The position numbers and the translations under genes are program-made. Shown piece by piece: positions 28,466 through 40,743 of a stretch of DNA of 64,000 nucleotides (position 1 is its first letter; each line of letters starts with the position of its first letter). Below the pieces are notes generated by a model. It made no database searches. It was not told where the DNA came from and saw only the letters and a list, made by a program, of their open reading frames with translations. The stretch lies in the NCBI RefSeq assembly GCF_009914755.1, contig NC_060933.1. One strand, written 5' to 3'. Source of the stretch: the human T2T-CHM13v2.0 reference genome, Homo sapiens.

Positions 28466-29389
28466 CTCTTCCTGCAATGTCTACTCTGTCTGTGACTAAA
28501 TTTTCCTATTAATAGACCAACAGATTTCACTAGGAACAAGATTAAAAACACGTGGCATTGGAGCCATTAATGCTGATTCCTGTGCTCATGGCAGACATCA
28601 CTAATCAATCACCACACTTTTTTTTTTCACCTAGCCAGGTGTAGCATTAATATTCTTCTCCACAGGATGCTGCAGCAAGCACTTACCAATAGAATACAGT
28701 TGGCATGTGAAAAAGAGCTTATATGCATTCTCTGTAATAAATAGCTTTTGCAGTTCCTTCCAACTCCAAATTACTTAACTGAATCCAAAGTGTCTTGCAT
28801 CTTAAGATGAATAGAATCTTATGTAAGCAGAACATGGTTGTCCTTCTTGAAGTCAAGTTGAAAATAATTAATCATTATGATACAATCATTTAAGAATTTA
28901 CCTAAATAGTTTTGAACCTATTTGTCTACCATATGGTGGAAAAAACTGTGAAGTTAAAATAGGAACAAATTAATACTAGTTCTAGCTTCTTTAGTTATTG
29001 ACTTATAGGAGCCATGAAAAGTATTTGAGGCTCAATGTCCCCATTTGTTAAATATGGAGAATTATATCCTCTATTCACTTGCAGTGAATTAATAGCAGCA
29101 ACATACTTAACAAGGAAAAATTACTATTAATATGCCAGTGGTGAAGTGTGGTCATTTAGTATTTCTAGGTTGCATTTCACTAAAAATCACAGCAAACATT
29201 TACTTGTATTAAAATTATGGCTTTTATTTGCAAAAGGCTATAGGATGAGAAGGATTATTTGTAATAGTTGTTTATGCATACACACTCAGCCTAACAAGTT
29301 CTTGCTGTTGGAGATTTTACATTAAGATTAAATATGTATGCATGGGATATGAAGTGTAATAAATGAAAGAGAACCAGGAGGTCATCAAT

Positions 29390-29490
29390 TACAGATGGGG
29401 TTCCCCAGCAAGCAGACTCTAAGATGCAGATTAGCATGGGTGAGGTTAAATTAGGAAATGCTCTTGGGATAAGCAACTGTGGAAGACAAG
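29390..29490 (-). mobile_element. LTR16-like ERVL LTR fragment
   Basis: ggttccccagcaagcagactctaagatgcagatt...gctcttgggat. Confidence 0.5.
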
Positions 29491-29494
29491 AAAA

Positions 29495-29620
29495 ATTGTG
29501 AATAGTGCTGCAAAAAACATGTGTGCATATGTCTCTATAGTAGAATGATTTATAATTCTTTAGGTATATACGCAATAATGAGATCGCTGGGTCAAATGGT
29601 ATTTCTAGTTCTAGATCCCC
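29495..29620 (-). mobile_element. L1PA ORF2 fragment
   Basis: attgtgaatagtgctgca...gctgggtcaaatggtatttctagttctagatc. Confidence 0.85.
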
Positions 29621-29648
29621 ATGAGGATCTTTTATGACCCTTTCTAGC

Positions 29649-30160
29649 GTATTTTGTATTCTATTGTTGCTGTAACAAATTGCCTCAAACTTAGTGATGT
29701 AAACAGTACAAATTTATTATCTTAGAGTCAGAAGTTCAACACTAGTCTCATAAGGCTAAGATCAAAGTATTGGTAGAACTTGATTCCTTTCTGGAGATTT
29801 TAGGGGAGACTCTGTTACCCTGTGTTTTTCAGATTTAAGAGTCTGCCATGTTCCTTAGGTCATGACCTCCTTGTTCCATCTTCAGAGCCAGGAACATTGC
29901 ACCTCTCTGAAGTTGCTTTTATAGTCATATCTCCCGCTGACCCTGCTTCTGCCTCCCTCTTTCACTTTTAAGGACCCTTGTGATTACACGGGGACTGCCT
30001 AGATAATCCAGCACACTCTCTCTATTTAAAGGTCACTTGATTAGTGACTTCAATTCCATCGCCAACCTTCATTCCCCCTTGCCATGTAATCTAACATATG
30101 CAAATGCTCTGGGATTAGGACATGAAATATATTTGGGGGATTATTATTCTGCCTACCACA
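29649..30160 (-). mobile_element. MLT1D-type MaLR LTR
   Basis: ttgctgtaacaaattgcc...aaggacccttgtgattacac...attctgcctaccaca. Confidence 0.85.
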
Positions 30161-30164
30161 AAAG

Positions 30165-31280
30165 GTAACCACTATTTTGATTTCTAGCATCATAAATTAG
30201 TTTTGTCCTTGAATTTGATAAATGAAATCATATGTGTTGTTCTTTTGTCTGTCTTCTTTCACTCACATATTTTTGGGTCTTATGTTTATTATCAATAAAT
30301 TGTTATTTTTATTGCTCTGCAGCATTTCATTAAATAAGTATACCATACTTCATCTATTGTGCTGTAAAAGGAGATTGGTTTTGTTTATAGACTGTGTCTA
30401 TTATGAAGAAATCTGCAAAGATTGTTTACACAGTGTTGTGTGGACACCTGAACTCCTTTCTATCTGGTATATACTGAGGAGTGGAAGTATTCAGCTATAA
30501 ATTAGGCATTTGCTTTTAGCTTTAGTGGAAACTGACATCTCATTTTCCAAAGCTGGTTTTACGATCTTATAATTCTACCAGCAGTGTAAGAGAGTTCCAG
30601 TTACTCCTCATCCTAGCCCACACTTCATGTTGTCTGTCCTTTTCACATTAATCATGATGCCTGTTCAGACGTATCTTTCTGATTGCAAAGAGATATCGCC
30701 TTGTGGTTTAATTTGCTTTTCTCTGATAGTCAATGCCGTTAAATGCCTTTTAACATCTATTGGCTGTTCACATATCTTTTTTGTGTGTAGTGTCTATTTG
30801 AGTCATTTGTTTATTTTTAAATTGAGTTTTTAGTATGATTTTTTATTTATAGAAGTTTGTTATATAACCTAAATATAAATCCTTCTCAGATATAGGTATT
30901 TCAAATAGTTACTTCCAGTCTGTGACTTGTGATTTTACTTTGTTAATACTGTTATTTGACAAACAGAAGTTTTTTTCACTTAAAGTTTTATTTTATTTTA
31001 TTGTTAGTGCTTTTTGAGTCCTATTTTAGACAACTCCACCTATAGAGCATTTATTTTAACCTATCCTACATTTTCTAGAAGACCCAGTCTTTCACATTTA
31101 GGCCCATAATGTATCTCAAACCAATTTTTGTACATGATATGAGGCAGAGGTCAAGGTCTATCTTTTCCCTATAGATGTCTAATTATTCAAATTCTAGTTG
31201 TTGAAAAGACCACATTTTTCAAATTAAATGCAGTGGTGCTTTCTTAAGAATAAATCAAATGATTACTAGGTATGGGTAAA
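30165..31280 (-). mobile_element. L1ME fragment
   Basis: ttttccaaagctggtt...ccagcagtgtaagagagttccagtt...ttgttgaaaagacc. Confidence 0.75.
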
Positions 31281-31789
31281 TAGTTGTTTAATTTATACTT
31301 TTCAGATAACATCAAGCATGTTAATCTTTTGCTTGAGTTTGGATACTGATTCGAACCATGGAATGATTAATAATTCCAGTAAGATGTTTACCCAGTGATG
31401 GTATATATTCAGACCCAATCATTTCATATTTATGAGCTCATGGAAACATGAAGTTGGGTTCCTTTCTGTCAGTATTTTCTACACATTTCAATAGATTGAG
31501 CTTATACTTTCATATTATTATGAGGTAAATTCCCTAGTAATAAAAAAGTGACAAATACTAACAAACATTTACTCAGTGCTATTGTATGTTAAACACATTA
31601 TATTCATGATTCATGTTTTATCAGGGCTTCTTTCAGCACAGCATGAGTACACAAGAGCAATTAATAGTCATTGTTCCATGCATTAAAGAAATCCTAGAGG
31701 CAATATTATTCCCCATTTTATAGATGAATGATAAGTCTCAAGGAGATAAAGTTACTTTCCTAAGTTCATGAAGCATTAAATGTAAGTAA

Positions 31790-32142
<353 letters not shown>

Positions 32143-33147
32143 AAATTGTTCATTTTTTGAAATGAAAATGTATACACTGGAAAATAAAATTCTGATCTTT
32201 GGTTTAAGAAAATTATGAATACTGGCTCCGTAAGTGTTAACTGTGACATTGAGTAAGCTACATATCATCCTTGGGTTTCAGATTTCTTACTGACCTGTAG
32301 AAAAAATAATATATATCTCATACGATTATTTTTAAGATCAAATAAGATAGGGCCAACCTCTTACCTTGGAAAGACCACAGCATGCAGTAAATTCTAGGCA
32401 TATACTAGTATTATTGCTATGTCATCTTTGGGCAGCTCTAACTTTTTTTTTTTACATATATATATACTTTAAGCTCTAACTTTAAAAAATTTTCTGAATT
32501 AGAATACGCTTCTCTGCCTGTGGGACATTCAGAATATGGCACTGTCTTTCTCTGAATTATATGAAGCCAGACACACTGTTCCCTCTGAGTCTTTTTGTAT
32601 CTAGGCTTACCTCCCACTTCTTTCAACCTTATTTCAAATGTTGTGCTTTTAAGATTGTGAATTACTTGGGTCAAATATGTGATTTTTTTTCACATATCCC
32701 TAAAAGTGACTAGTGCAAAATAGATAAAAGAACCAAATAAAGAATGTTTGTTGAATGTATGAATGAATGAATGGATTCCTCATATTCTTTTGGTCATTAA
32801 TATTTATCATCATAGCATTTCTCCACTTAATTTTAAGGCCAGCATGTCTCTCCATTATAACATAATTGAATTTTTCATCATTGTAGATAGATTACACAGA
32901 TAACATCTACCACTCCAATCCCTTGAACATCTTATAGTTATTGTTATATATATTATTGTTATACATATTTTAAATACGTGTATTATCTTAAATCTTCACA
33001 GTATCTCAATTATATTAGATATCATTATTTTCATCTTAAGGAAAAATAAACTGGTATTTAGAAAGGTTAAGTGTTATAAGTGGGATATGAACTCAGGTAT
33101 ATTTAATTTTTTTTATGCCCTGTTTGAGCCTTTCTTGTTGTTGTTGT

Positions 33148-33417
33148 TTTTATTTCAGTATGTTTTGGGGGAACAGGTGATGTTTGGTTACATGAATATG
33201 TTCTTTACTGGTAATTTCTGAGATTTTTGGTGTATCCATCACCAGAGCAGTGTCCACTGTACCCAATGTGTAGTTTTTTATCCCTCACACCCCTCCCACC
33301 CTTTCCCTCGAGTCCCCAAAGTTTATTGTATCAGCCTTATGACTTTGCATCCTCATAGCTTAGCTCCCAGTTACGAGTGAGAAAATATGATGTTTGGTTT
33401 TCTATTCCTGAGTTACT
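33148..33417 (-). mobile_element. L1PB 3' end
   Basis: ttttgggggaacaggtg...gagtccccaaagt...gcatcctcatagcttagctccc. Confidence 0.85.
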
Positions 33418-34453
33418 ATATGTAATTTCATAGTTCGATTTCTTAAATACACAGCATTACTAACTCAAAGATGAATAGCTAGTAAGAAAGTAATTCTGGC
33501 CACCTGCCTTATGATTATAATGGAAAATTGTTCTGTTCCCTTAATTTCTCAGTTATTTTCTGGTATTTCTTCTCTCTTCTCATGTCTCTCTCCTAACAAG
33601 GCCATCTCCACCCTTGGCAGGTTGTTATTAGAAACATTTCTGCATATTAACTTGAATTAACTTACCTTTACCACATAAACCAACATGTGAGTGGCAGGTC
33701 CTTCAACACAGCTGGACACATGAGATGCACCTCGTCTCTACTAGTTTATATGGCATAATGGCATCTCACTATGCTTCCTGATCCTTCTTTTTCCCTTCCT
33801 GGGTGCTGAACATCAACTGAGGCAGCACTTTCAAGACTGTCTTTGTTCCACTTCTGAAAAGTATCATTAACATAATCTCAAAAAGAAGTCACATAGACTA
33901 TTACAATTTTTAGTTGGATAATGCCAGAATAAATCTTCAAAGGAGGCAGACATATGATGAGGTGCAGTAGAGTATGTTGGAAAAGGCACTAAATCCAGAC
34001 TAAGCCTTCCTGTTATTCAGAATTTCTGGTTATGTCCTGTCATCTCTCAGTCTCAGATTTCATATCCCTAAAATGAAAGTAAAGATCAAATGGGGCAAAT
34101 AATGTGAAAGTACTCTGTTTTTAAAAATCATGGCAAAAAGCAAGTATTATGAGAGGTCAGAAAATATACTGGTGGTATTTTGGTAGATCCTCATTCAATT
34201 TCTTCCATAGAATCAAGATTATTCCTTTTTACTTAATTTATCTTCATTCGTTTATTCAAAAATATTACTCAATATTAATCAAACTATCAAAATTATAATT
34301 AATACACAAAAGTTAATCATTCCATGAATAAATGTAACAAAGAGAATATATAATTAAAGAAATAATTTGAAGTATAATTGTGACATGAGCACTTAAAGGT
34401 ATAATAATAAATATAACAAGAAAAAAAGCAGAATCTCTAAAATAATTATAGCT

Positions 34454-34765
34454 GGCCGGGTGCAGTGGCTCACGTCTGTAATCCCAGCACTTTGGGAGGC
34501 TGAGGCGGGCGAATCACGAGGTCAGGAGTTCAAGAGCAGCCTGGCCAACATGGTGAAACCCCATCTCTACTAAAAATACAAAAAATTAGCTGGGCATAGT
34601 GGTGGGCACCTGTAATCCTAGCTACTTGGCAGGCTGAGGCAGGAGAATTGCTTAAACCCGGGAGGCGGAGTTTGCAGTGAGCCAAGATCACTCCACTATA
34701 CTCCAGTCACAGCAACAGAGTGCGACTCCGTCTCAAAAATAAATAAGTAAAAATAAAAATAATAA
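34454..34765 (+). mobile_element. AluSg-like
   Basis: gaatcacgaggtcaggagttc; full dimer. Confidence 0.93.
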
Positions 34766-34774
34766 GTATGTATA

Positions 34775-34820
<46 letters not shown>

Positions 34821-34832
34821 GCTATATGTATA
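34766..34832. repeat. (TG)n(TA)n microsatellite at the Alu tail
   Basis: Directly visible. Confidence 0.95.
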
Positions 34833-35735
34833 GCTAAAGAAGAAAAACTCTAAACAGGAAAAGAAAAAATGGCTTGAATGGAAAGACGTATTTTAAAGCT
34901 TTGGAATTTTTCTTAAATTCTAGAAATATATACATTTCTGCTATAGATTCCAAAGAATTTTTGGAGGAATCTTAATAGAATTATTCTAAAGTTCATCTGG
35001 AAGATGTAAATATTATTTTTAAGAATAATTTAATCAGTGTTGCATAGTTAATTTTCCAGGTGAACTTTAGAATAATGTTATTAAGATTATCCCCAAATTT
35101 CTTTGGAATGTATAATAGAAATGCATACATGTAACAAACCTGCACTTGTACACTTAAAATAAAAGTTAAAAAAAAAAGAATATTCAGAGAGGAGTTACCT
35201 CCCATGGGTATTAAGGATATTTCAGAGCTACAATAAGTAAGATATGTTCCTCTATTGGGATATAGACAGAGAAACATAAAGAAATTTAGAACTTACAAAA
35301 GTAGACACTAGGGTGTACTGAGATTTAAAAATTTCAAAAGATAGTTAAATCCATGGTTTGAAAAAATAAAATGGAATAGTCAATAAATGATGGTCGTCAT
35401 GCTTTCCATTTGAGAGAAAAAAAATCAGCCTAGATTCTCATCTCATTCTGATGCTTAATGTATTTCCGATAGATCATTCACTGAGTTGATTACTTGGGTC
35501 TTATTTTATTATGTTGTATTTTATTGTAATTTAAATAATATACATTGAACCAAGCTCTAACCCTATCTCACCAGCCCTCATCAAATTCAGACAGAAACCC
35601 AATGGGTATTAGGCTAGGCAACCATCCCAAATGTCAAACACTATGCTACAATCCTTCTCATCTCATTGCTGATTATTACAGCGACTTTTTTTGTGGATCA
35701 AGTTCTCCATGTCTTGCTCTTTCTTCTGTTAGAAT

Positions 35736-36321
35736 TGAAGTGTAGCAGAATACGCCCCCACCCAAAGTATGCCACGTTGCATAAGGATTATTTTGAGCTG
35801 AAGCCAATTGAGAAGAAGCAGATACAAGAAAAGCTCTCTGCTCTTCCCTTATTTGCCTAAAAGCAGGACATACATTTATAAAGGTTTTCTTCCTAACTCT
35901 ATCATGAAAAACAAAGGCTGATCCCTGGAGAGGACCTATCTTAGACCCTTATCAGCCTGGAGGCGGCACCAGCAGAATCTATTATAGGTTAACAAACTTT
36001 ACTGATTAACCTTTATCTACCTTTGATTTCCCATGTATTTGTTTCCTCACAATTTGCTGCCCCTAGAGACTCAAGATCCTTTACCTTTGTCTTGTCATTT
36101 CTCTAAAAATGCATTGTTCTTTGTTTAAGATACTATATATGCCAGTGTTCTAAGCCAATTCTTTTAAGAGTGACTCTTTCCCTGAATTTTCTATTAGATA
36201 TAAATACATGTTACTAAACTTCTGTTTGTTTTTTCTCTTGATAATGTGGTGGTGGTGTTCAGGGGTCCCCGCTAAGAACTCAGAAGAGTAGAAGAAAAAA
36301 ATGTTTTTTTCCTTCTCTATA
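35736..36321 (+). mobile_element. MER34/MER39-family ERV1 solo LTR
   Basis: cagaatacgcc...gcataaggattattttgagctgaag...gctaagaactcagaagagtagaagaaaa...ttccttctctata. Confidence 0.75.
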
Positions 36322-36669
36322 GGAAGGAAAGTCAAGGCAAATCCACTGCTGCACTAGATGTGCCCAGACATATTTAAGTTCCAGCAGTTGATATAATTTT
36401 CATTCTTAAAACGGTCTTGGATACATGCATTGCCATGACATGCCTCACCATAAGCTGACCCACTTATATCCTCTTCTCGGAGTCTCCACATGAGTCTTTT
36501 GTGAATAATAATCAATCCTTAGCTAATTTGTTGAAATAAGCAACCATTGCATATATTTTCTGTAACCCACTCAATTCACTCATGGATCTTTCCCATATGA
36601 AGTTCAATCTGTTTCTGTTACTACTTTAAACAATTAACTTATCCCTTTAGACATTCTTATGATCTATTC

Positions 36670-36835
36670 CAGGTATTGGTAATTTTTTTTCTGTCAAAGG
36701 CTGAAAAGTAAATATTTCTGCTTCAATGATCATATTCTGCTATTGTAGCACCATAGATTATACATAAACAAATTAGTGTTTCAATAAAACTTTATTACTA
36801 AAGTAGGTAATGGGCCAATCCATTACTAACCACAG
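36670..36835. mobile_element. MER58A-like hAT-Charlie
   Basis: tttttctgtcaaaggctg...gtaaatattt...ttcaataaaactttatt. Confidence 0.6.
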
Positions 36836-38334
36836 ACTTTATATGTTCGGAGTATGTTTACTTGATTAAAAATTCTAAAAACATTTCCAAAATATTACTC
36901 ATTTCACTGCTTAAAAGCAAACAAATAAATAAGTTAGTAAGTAATCATTGATAGTAATTAACTTTTCTTATAAAGGTATTTATCTGTTCGTAATCTGGCT
37001 ATATCTTTGGGACAACACTCTTCTTTAGAAGTTAAATAACACGTTATCATTTTAACAAAAATAGATTATTTAGAGAGATGGTAGGTTGAAATACAGTGTT
37101 AAATGACTGCATTTTCCTACTAAAAACACATGGTTCAACCTTTACAACCAGACAGAAATGGTCAATACCAATACCTACTTTTTAATTCTAAGTAGGCTGG
37201 AAGCTAGAAATTATTGTTGTACCTGCATAGATTTTGGATTCGGAATGATTGGTATTAGAATCTCAAATCTTATATTTGCTAACTGTATACATTTGAGGAA
37301 AACAGCAAATTTATCTGTTTTTGAATTTGTAAAATAAATTTAACACTACCTAGCTTAGCAGATGGCTTTAGATATTAAATTCAGCTAATAATAAGTAGGA
37401 ATTTTTAAACAATTGGAATGTTCTAAAAGAAATAGACTTATTGAGATGCAGTGAGATCTGTGCTGCATTAAATGTTTACATCAAAGTTGGTGAATAATTC
37501 TAAGAGATTCATGTGAGATACATCAATATTTCAACTTTTAAGTCTATTACAACTCTCAAAATCAACTATTGAAAAGACTAAGAGAAGACAAACAGAGAGT
37601 TTAAAAAATAAGTAAATAACAGAGAACTTCTCTTTCTGACAAAGGTGGGGTATCTAGGATTGAACATCCTCCCACTGTAAAAATGACAGCACTAGAAAAG
37701 TATGGCATTAGGCTGAGGAGGAGTGTGTCCCCTGAAACAAGGGGAGCAGATTAAGTGAGCCTTATGATGAGCTTTCTACTTGGAAACACTTTGTGGTTAG
37801 CAGGTGCATGAAGCTGGTGGGGAAGCAGTGTCACAAAAATGAGTTCAGAAAACTCATGGGAGAAGATGTACATCATAGTCAGGGAAGACTGAAGTGGTTA
37901 GAATTTATAAAGCAAAATACAGAAGAAGAGGAGGATCAGTGTAAAGAAAAATTACTTCAGAAATCTGTATGTGGGCTTCATTGTCTTTTGCTGAATAGTA
38001 AGATATGCATGCAGAGGGCGAAAGTCCAAGAGAAGAATGAATGGGGAGGCAGAGATGGGCTGTGAGGTGAACAGTTCCTGGAGCTTACAAAGGATGAAAG
38101 AGAGTCAGGCTCTGATTGGTCAAAGTAAATAAAATATATTGAACGCATAGATATTCAATGGATAACACAGGTAGAAAACACATTAGTAATAGGGCTAAAA
38201 TAGTCCTGGAATAAAAGTCTACTTTATGCCCAAATTCAAAATTCTTAAAAGAAAATGATTCAAGATCAATATATTCCATGAGTAACTTAATGGGCTGAAG
38301 CACAAAGTCCAATACACTTCAAAAGAATACTACA

Positions 38335-38960
38335 TATAATTGTCAAAACTTGGAAACCACCAAGATATTCTTAGTAGGTGAATGGAAAAATAAACTGTGG
38401 TACATCCAGACAATAGAGTATTATTCAGTGTTAAATAGAAGTAAGCTACTAAGCCATGAAAAGACATGATGGAGAAAAATTAAATGCATATTACTTAGTG
38501 AAAGGGGCCAATCTGAAAAGGTTGGACATTGTATGATTTCAAGTATATGACAGTTTGAAAAAGGCAAAACTATGAGGACAGTAAAAAAGATAAGATCAGT
38601 GGTTGCCATAGGTTATGAGGGAGAGAGGAATGAATAAGCCCAACATCGGGTGTCTTTAAGGCAGAAAACTATTTTGTATGATACTATAAAAGTGGAAATA
38701 TGTCATTACACATTTTTCAAAACCCATATAATGAGCAATATCAACAGTGAGCCCTAAAGTATAAACTATGAACTTTGTGTAATGAAGATGTGTCAGTCTA
38801 GGTTCATTGATTATAATACATATACTCCTCTGGTGGGGGATGGTAATAATGGTGGAGGCTACATATGTGTGAGGAAAGGGGTATACGGGACGTCTTTGTA
38901 TACCTTCCTCTCAGTTTTACTGTGTACCTACTATTACTTTAAAAAACAAATTCTTTTCAA
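38335..38960 (+). mobile_element. L1MC1/2 3' end
   Basis: aaactgtggtacatccagacaat...aagccatgaaaagacatg...aaatgcatattact. Confidence 0.85.
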
Positions 38961-39048
38961 AACAACAGTATAAAATATCCAGCACTTTATGATCTAAAGT
39001 TGACAGTGTAAAGCATCCCATGAAAAATTATTATCCTGGCAAGAACAG

Positions 39049-39505
39049 TGTCAAACGTAAATAATGAGATTCAGAAAATATGATTAAGTATAGAGTTTAT
39101 TTGAGGGCAAAACTTGAGGGTAGCTACCTGGGAAGCACCAACCCCAAATGAATGAGGTCAGTGCTCCAAAGTGGAAAGTTAAGGCTTCACCTATATAGGC
39201 AAAGACAGAGAAATTTTTGTAGAATTACAACATTTTTTGTTCAAGACCAGTGCGTACATTGCAGTGATTTGATTGGTTACAGATGGCTACATTCCAAAAA
39301 ACATTACTTGATTATTCTGGAGGAGGGACAGTGATCTGAGAGAGTCTTCTATGTGGTCTTCCTAATTATTTATAGGAAAAAATGCAGAACTTTTAGCTGC
39401 ATGTCACATGACCTGGCTATGTCAGGTCACATAGCCACATTCCTTTCAAGGCTCAGAATAAGTTAAAACTTCAACAGCTTTAAGTATGAATTATTCAATC
39501 TCACA
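39049..39505 (-). mobile_element. MER65-like ERV1 solo LTR
   Basis: TG...CA ends; catagccacattcctttcaaggctcagaataa; TSD-like acag/gcag. Confidence 0.75.
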
Positions 39506-39834
39506 GCAGGAAAATGTGACACTTAAGCTGGAAATAAATTAGTAAATAAAAAATCTATGAATAAACAAAATGATTGAATTAGCAGATAAGGATTTTAAAA
39601 CAGCTATTGTAAATCTGTTCAATGTTTGCAAGGATTTCAAGGACAATGTGAACACAATGATGAAGGAAATATAAGATATGAGAAAAGGACCAAATATGAA
39701 TTCCCACATGAAAAATACAGTATCAGAAAAGTAAATATATGGATGGGATTAAAGCAGATTAAATACCACTAGGGACAGAAAAGATCAGAGAACTTCAATT
39801 CAAGTATCAGAAACTAAGTTTAAGAAAGCATGTT

Positions 39835-40199
39835 ATCTTCATATGTTCATGCTGCTGTAACAAAATGTTCAAGACTGGGTAATTTATAAATAACAGAAAT
39901 GTATTTCTTACAGTTCTGGAAGCTGAGAAGTCCGAAATCAAGGTACCAGCAGGGTCCGGTCTGCTGAGGGCTGCTCTCTGCTGTGCCCTCCAGAGAGAAC
40001 AAATGCTGTGTCCTCCAGGAGGAAGGTAAAAAGGGCTGAACAGTTCCCTCACATGTTTTATATAAGGGCATTAATCCCATTCATGAGGCAGAAGACCTCA
40101 AGGGTAAGTCACCTCACAGAAGTCTCCACCTTGTAAAACCACAGCAAGGAGAATTAAGTTGCATCACAAATTTTGGGAGGGACACATTCAAACCATAGC
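39835..40199 (-). mobile_element. MST (MSTC/D-type) MaLR LTR
   Basis: gctgctgtaacaaaat...cagttctggaagctgagaagtcc...ggacacattcaaaccatagc. Confidence 0.8.
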
Positions 40200-40583
40200 G
40201 CACATGGAGAAAAAAAGTTATTGAAAATATAAACAGTGTCAACGTGACCTGTTGGAGTATATCAAGCAGCCTCTTATACAAGTCTTCAAATAAGAGAAAG
40301 TTGCAGAAAAAGTATTTGAAGAAATAATGGCTGAAAATTCTCAACATGTTAGGAGAAATACAAACTGATATATCCAAGATGCTCAAGAAGACTTAAGAAG
40401 GCTAAACACAAAGAAAACCACACAAAGGCATATAATAATCACATTCCTGAAAGCCACAGATGAAGAGAAAATTCTTAAAATCAACCAGAGAGAACAAAAA
40501 TATTACACAGAAAATAACAATGCCCAGAGACTTCTTACCTGAAGATTTACAATCTAGACTATAATGAAACAATCTCTTTGAAG

Positions 40584-40743
40584 TATTGATTATATACATA
40601 TAATCAATATAACATATATAACATGTCTTCTCTAGGTATTGAATTCTTACGATAGCTAGATAGAATTCTTACTGTCTCTCTCTCTCATCTCACAGAGATA
40701 AGAGAGAGAGAGACAGTAAGAATTCAATACCGAGAGAAGACAT
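40584..40743. repeat. Two adjacent fold-back inverted repeats
   Basis: 12-bp stem tattgattatat/atataatcaata (40584-40609); ~48-bp arms at 40623-40691 and 40695-40743. Confidence 0.9.

Noticed and set aside
28540-28730. Probable ancient DNA-transposon fragment
   Set aside because: It looks familiar, but I could not assign a family or boundaries with confidence.
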